Part shown: piece by piece, positions 62,085 through 64,000 of the stretch
How positions within the stretch are numbered: the first letter of the stretch is position 1
How the letters are laid out: every line of letters starts with the position of its first letter
Assembly: GCF_001194135.2 (NCBI RefSeq)
Contig: NC_068982.1
Coordinates: forward strand, 137,581,766-137,645,765
DNA from: Octopus bimaculoides
Taxonomy: Eukaryota
Direction of reading: 5' to 3'
DNA: 64,000 nucleotides
Program-made: the position numbers and the translations under genes
Notes under the pieces: generated by a model
Database searches by the model: none
What the model was told of the DNA's origin: nothing
What the model saw: only the letters and a program-made list of their open reading frames with translations

Positions 62085-63066
62085 CTGGAAAGAATTAGGA
62101 AAAACAATTGTACCAAACAACAGCAATCGAGGTTAAGTAAGAATCTCATCAGCAACCAATCAAAAGAATATCATTAACAGGAACAAGCATGTGTAAGTGT
62201 GTATGCTTGTGTTTCCTGGCCATGAAGAAAATATTAGCTCACATGGGAACAGGTGAGGGTTAGCAATAGGAAGAGCATCCAGCTGTAGATAATCAGCCTC
62301 AACAAACTGACCCATGCAAACATGGAAAAGTGAGTAGACATTAAAATGATGATAATGACAGCATACACACACACAATGGACTTATTTCAGTTTCTGCCCA
62401 TCAAATCCACTCACAAATCTTTGTTTGGCCTGGAGCTATAGTAGAAGACACTTGTCCAAGGTACCACGCAGTGGGGCTGAATCCAAAACCATGTGCTCAG
62501 AAAGCAAGCTTCTTAACCACACATGTTCATCATCATCATCATCGTTTAACGTCCACTTTCCATGCTAGCATGGTTCGGATGATTTGACTGAGGACTGGTG
62601 GACCAGATGGCTACACCAGGCTCCAATCTGATCTGGCAGAGTTTCTACAGCTGGATGCCCTTCCTAATGCCAACCACTCTGAGAGTGTAGTGGGTGCTTT
62701 TACGTGCCACTGGCACGAAGGCCAGTCAGGCGGTACTGACAACGGCCACGGTCAAAATGGTGTATTTTACGTGCCACCTGCACAGGAGCCAGTCCCGCAG
62801 CACTGGCAACGACCTCACTCAAATGTCTTTTCACGTGCCAGGAAGGCGACGCTGGTAACGATCATGCTCAAATGGTGCTATTTACGTGCCACTAGCACAG
62901 AAGCTAGACAGTTGCTTCCGTTCTACCTGAGAATTATGTTATAGGTGCACATGTCTGTGGAATGCTCAGTCATTTACACATTCATTCTGGAGTAGATAAT
63001 TCAACTGAATCCTCCACATAGGCTCACCACCACAGAACTTATAACCTTCAAAAGGATGTTACTGAC

Positions 63067-63169
63067 CTTTGAGTGCAGGTTGGATAGGCTTGAATAGAAG
63101 ATTAAGCTCGTCTAGCTGAGATCTTTTGTCAGTTTTCTTTTTCTGTTTCTCTGCTTCCAATTCGGACAA
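63067..63169 (-). CDS. ZC3H15: ZC3H15/DFRP1 coding exon (first exon visible in window): LSELEAEKQKKKTDKRSQLDELNLLFKPIQPALK-G
   Basis: Acceptor ttttgttgcag and donor gtcagt; 103 nt, phase 0 to 1. Resembles the human ZC3H15 segment [25 protein letters not shown] and joins the next exon in frame. Confidence 0.9.
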
Positions 63170-64000
63170 CTGCAACAAAAATAGCAACATTTTTAGTGAT
63201 ATTTACTGAGGTGAGAAAATGTAAAATATAAACAGAAAAAAATTTTTTTTTTTTAAATAACTAAATGTTATTCATATTGTTTAACCCAGGGCCAGTCCAG
63301 ACCAAGCAGACTTATGATTTGATCAAAAGTATTCCAGTTGTAACCAGGCCATTGTTCTTTTTTAATATGCAGAGAACTTAGGAATACATGCAAGAGCATA
63401 TTTCATTTTTCAAAAAGGGAGTGTATGTATGTGGGGGAGATTTAAAGCAGACTTGGTTGCTATTTCTAGCAAACTGAGCGACCCAGTAAAAGCTACNNNN
63501 NNNNNNACCCAGTAAAAGCTACTTCCAACCCTAGATAGATAACTTCCTGCTTTCCCTTGTTGTAGGATGACTAGAAGTAACATTTGATAAAGAAGACACC
63601 CAAGAATAGTAATTTCTGGTGATACATAAAATGTAAAAAAAAAAAAAAACATTGCTGCATTTGATGGCACAATGGCTGCACAGGCATATCAGATGCACCC
63701 TAATTTCAGCAGTAGATATCCAGGATAAAATGTTTTTACTGCATTAAAGTATGTAATATAAACCTAACTTTGTACAAAGGACACCAGATGATATTTTTGA
63801 GACATTTTCCTGTCAAGAAAGTGTGTCTTGGTCTTGTATTCTATCAAATATGGTTTGTTTTAGTATGAATCCTTATAGAGTGGCACTAATTTCCTGGTAG
63901 ACTGAATCAATAAATAAACTTAAATTCCTGCCTGAAATCCAGAAATCTCACTAATAACACTTGTCCGAGTTTAGTCACCATGTTCTTCTTGTTAACTATT

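Noticed and set aside
63481-63522. Direct repeat acccagtaaaagctac on both sides of a 10-N gap
   Set aside because: This is a typical unmerged contig overlap, i.e. an assembly artefact.

Overview
This is AT-rich, repeat-dense eukaryotic genomic DNA from a gapped draft assembly. The repeat families look like those of Octopus or another coleoid cephalopod, which is my recognition and not a database result. The one firmly supported gene is ZC3H15 (DFRP1/Tma46 orthologue) on the minus strand. Ten coding exons lie between 63169 and the stop codon at 46168; all have GT-AG boundaries and consistent phases, and the first exon(s) lie beyond 64000. A weakly supported start of a second minus-strand gene sits at about 10.7-11.4 kb in a CpG-rich region with a CTCF-like motif. 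The rest is SINEs, microsatellites, MITEs (piggyBac, hAT, mariner, pogo) and decayed CRE, Tx1/L1, RTE, R4/Dong and Penelope retrotransposons, plus a 1.45-kb solo LTR that splits an RTE reverse transcriptase. The most interesting signal is a set of type-I hammerhead-ribozyme-like motifs from several unrelated repeat families. One family is a Penelope element whose 3' region carries a tRNA-like Pol III promoter followed by a hammerhead, and another has a hammerhead at the apex of a long hairpin with arms of about 100 bp. There is no prokaryotic system or CRISPR array, and most ORFs in the supplied track are microsatellite or gap artefacts.
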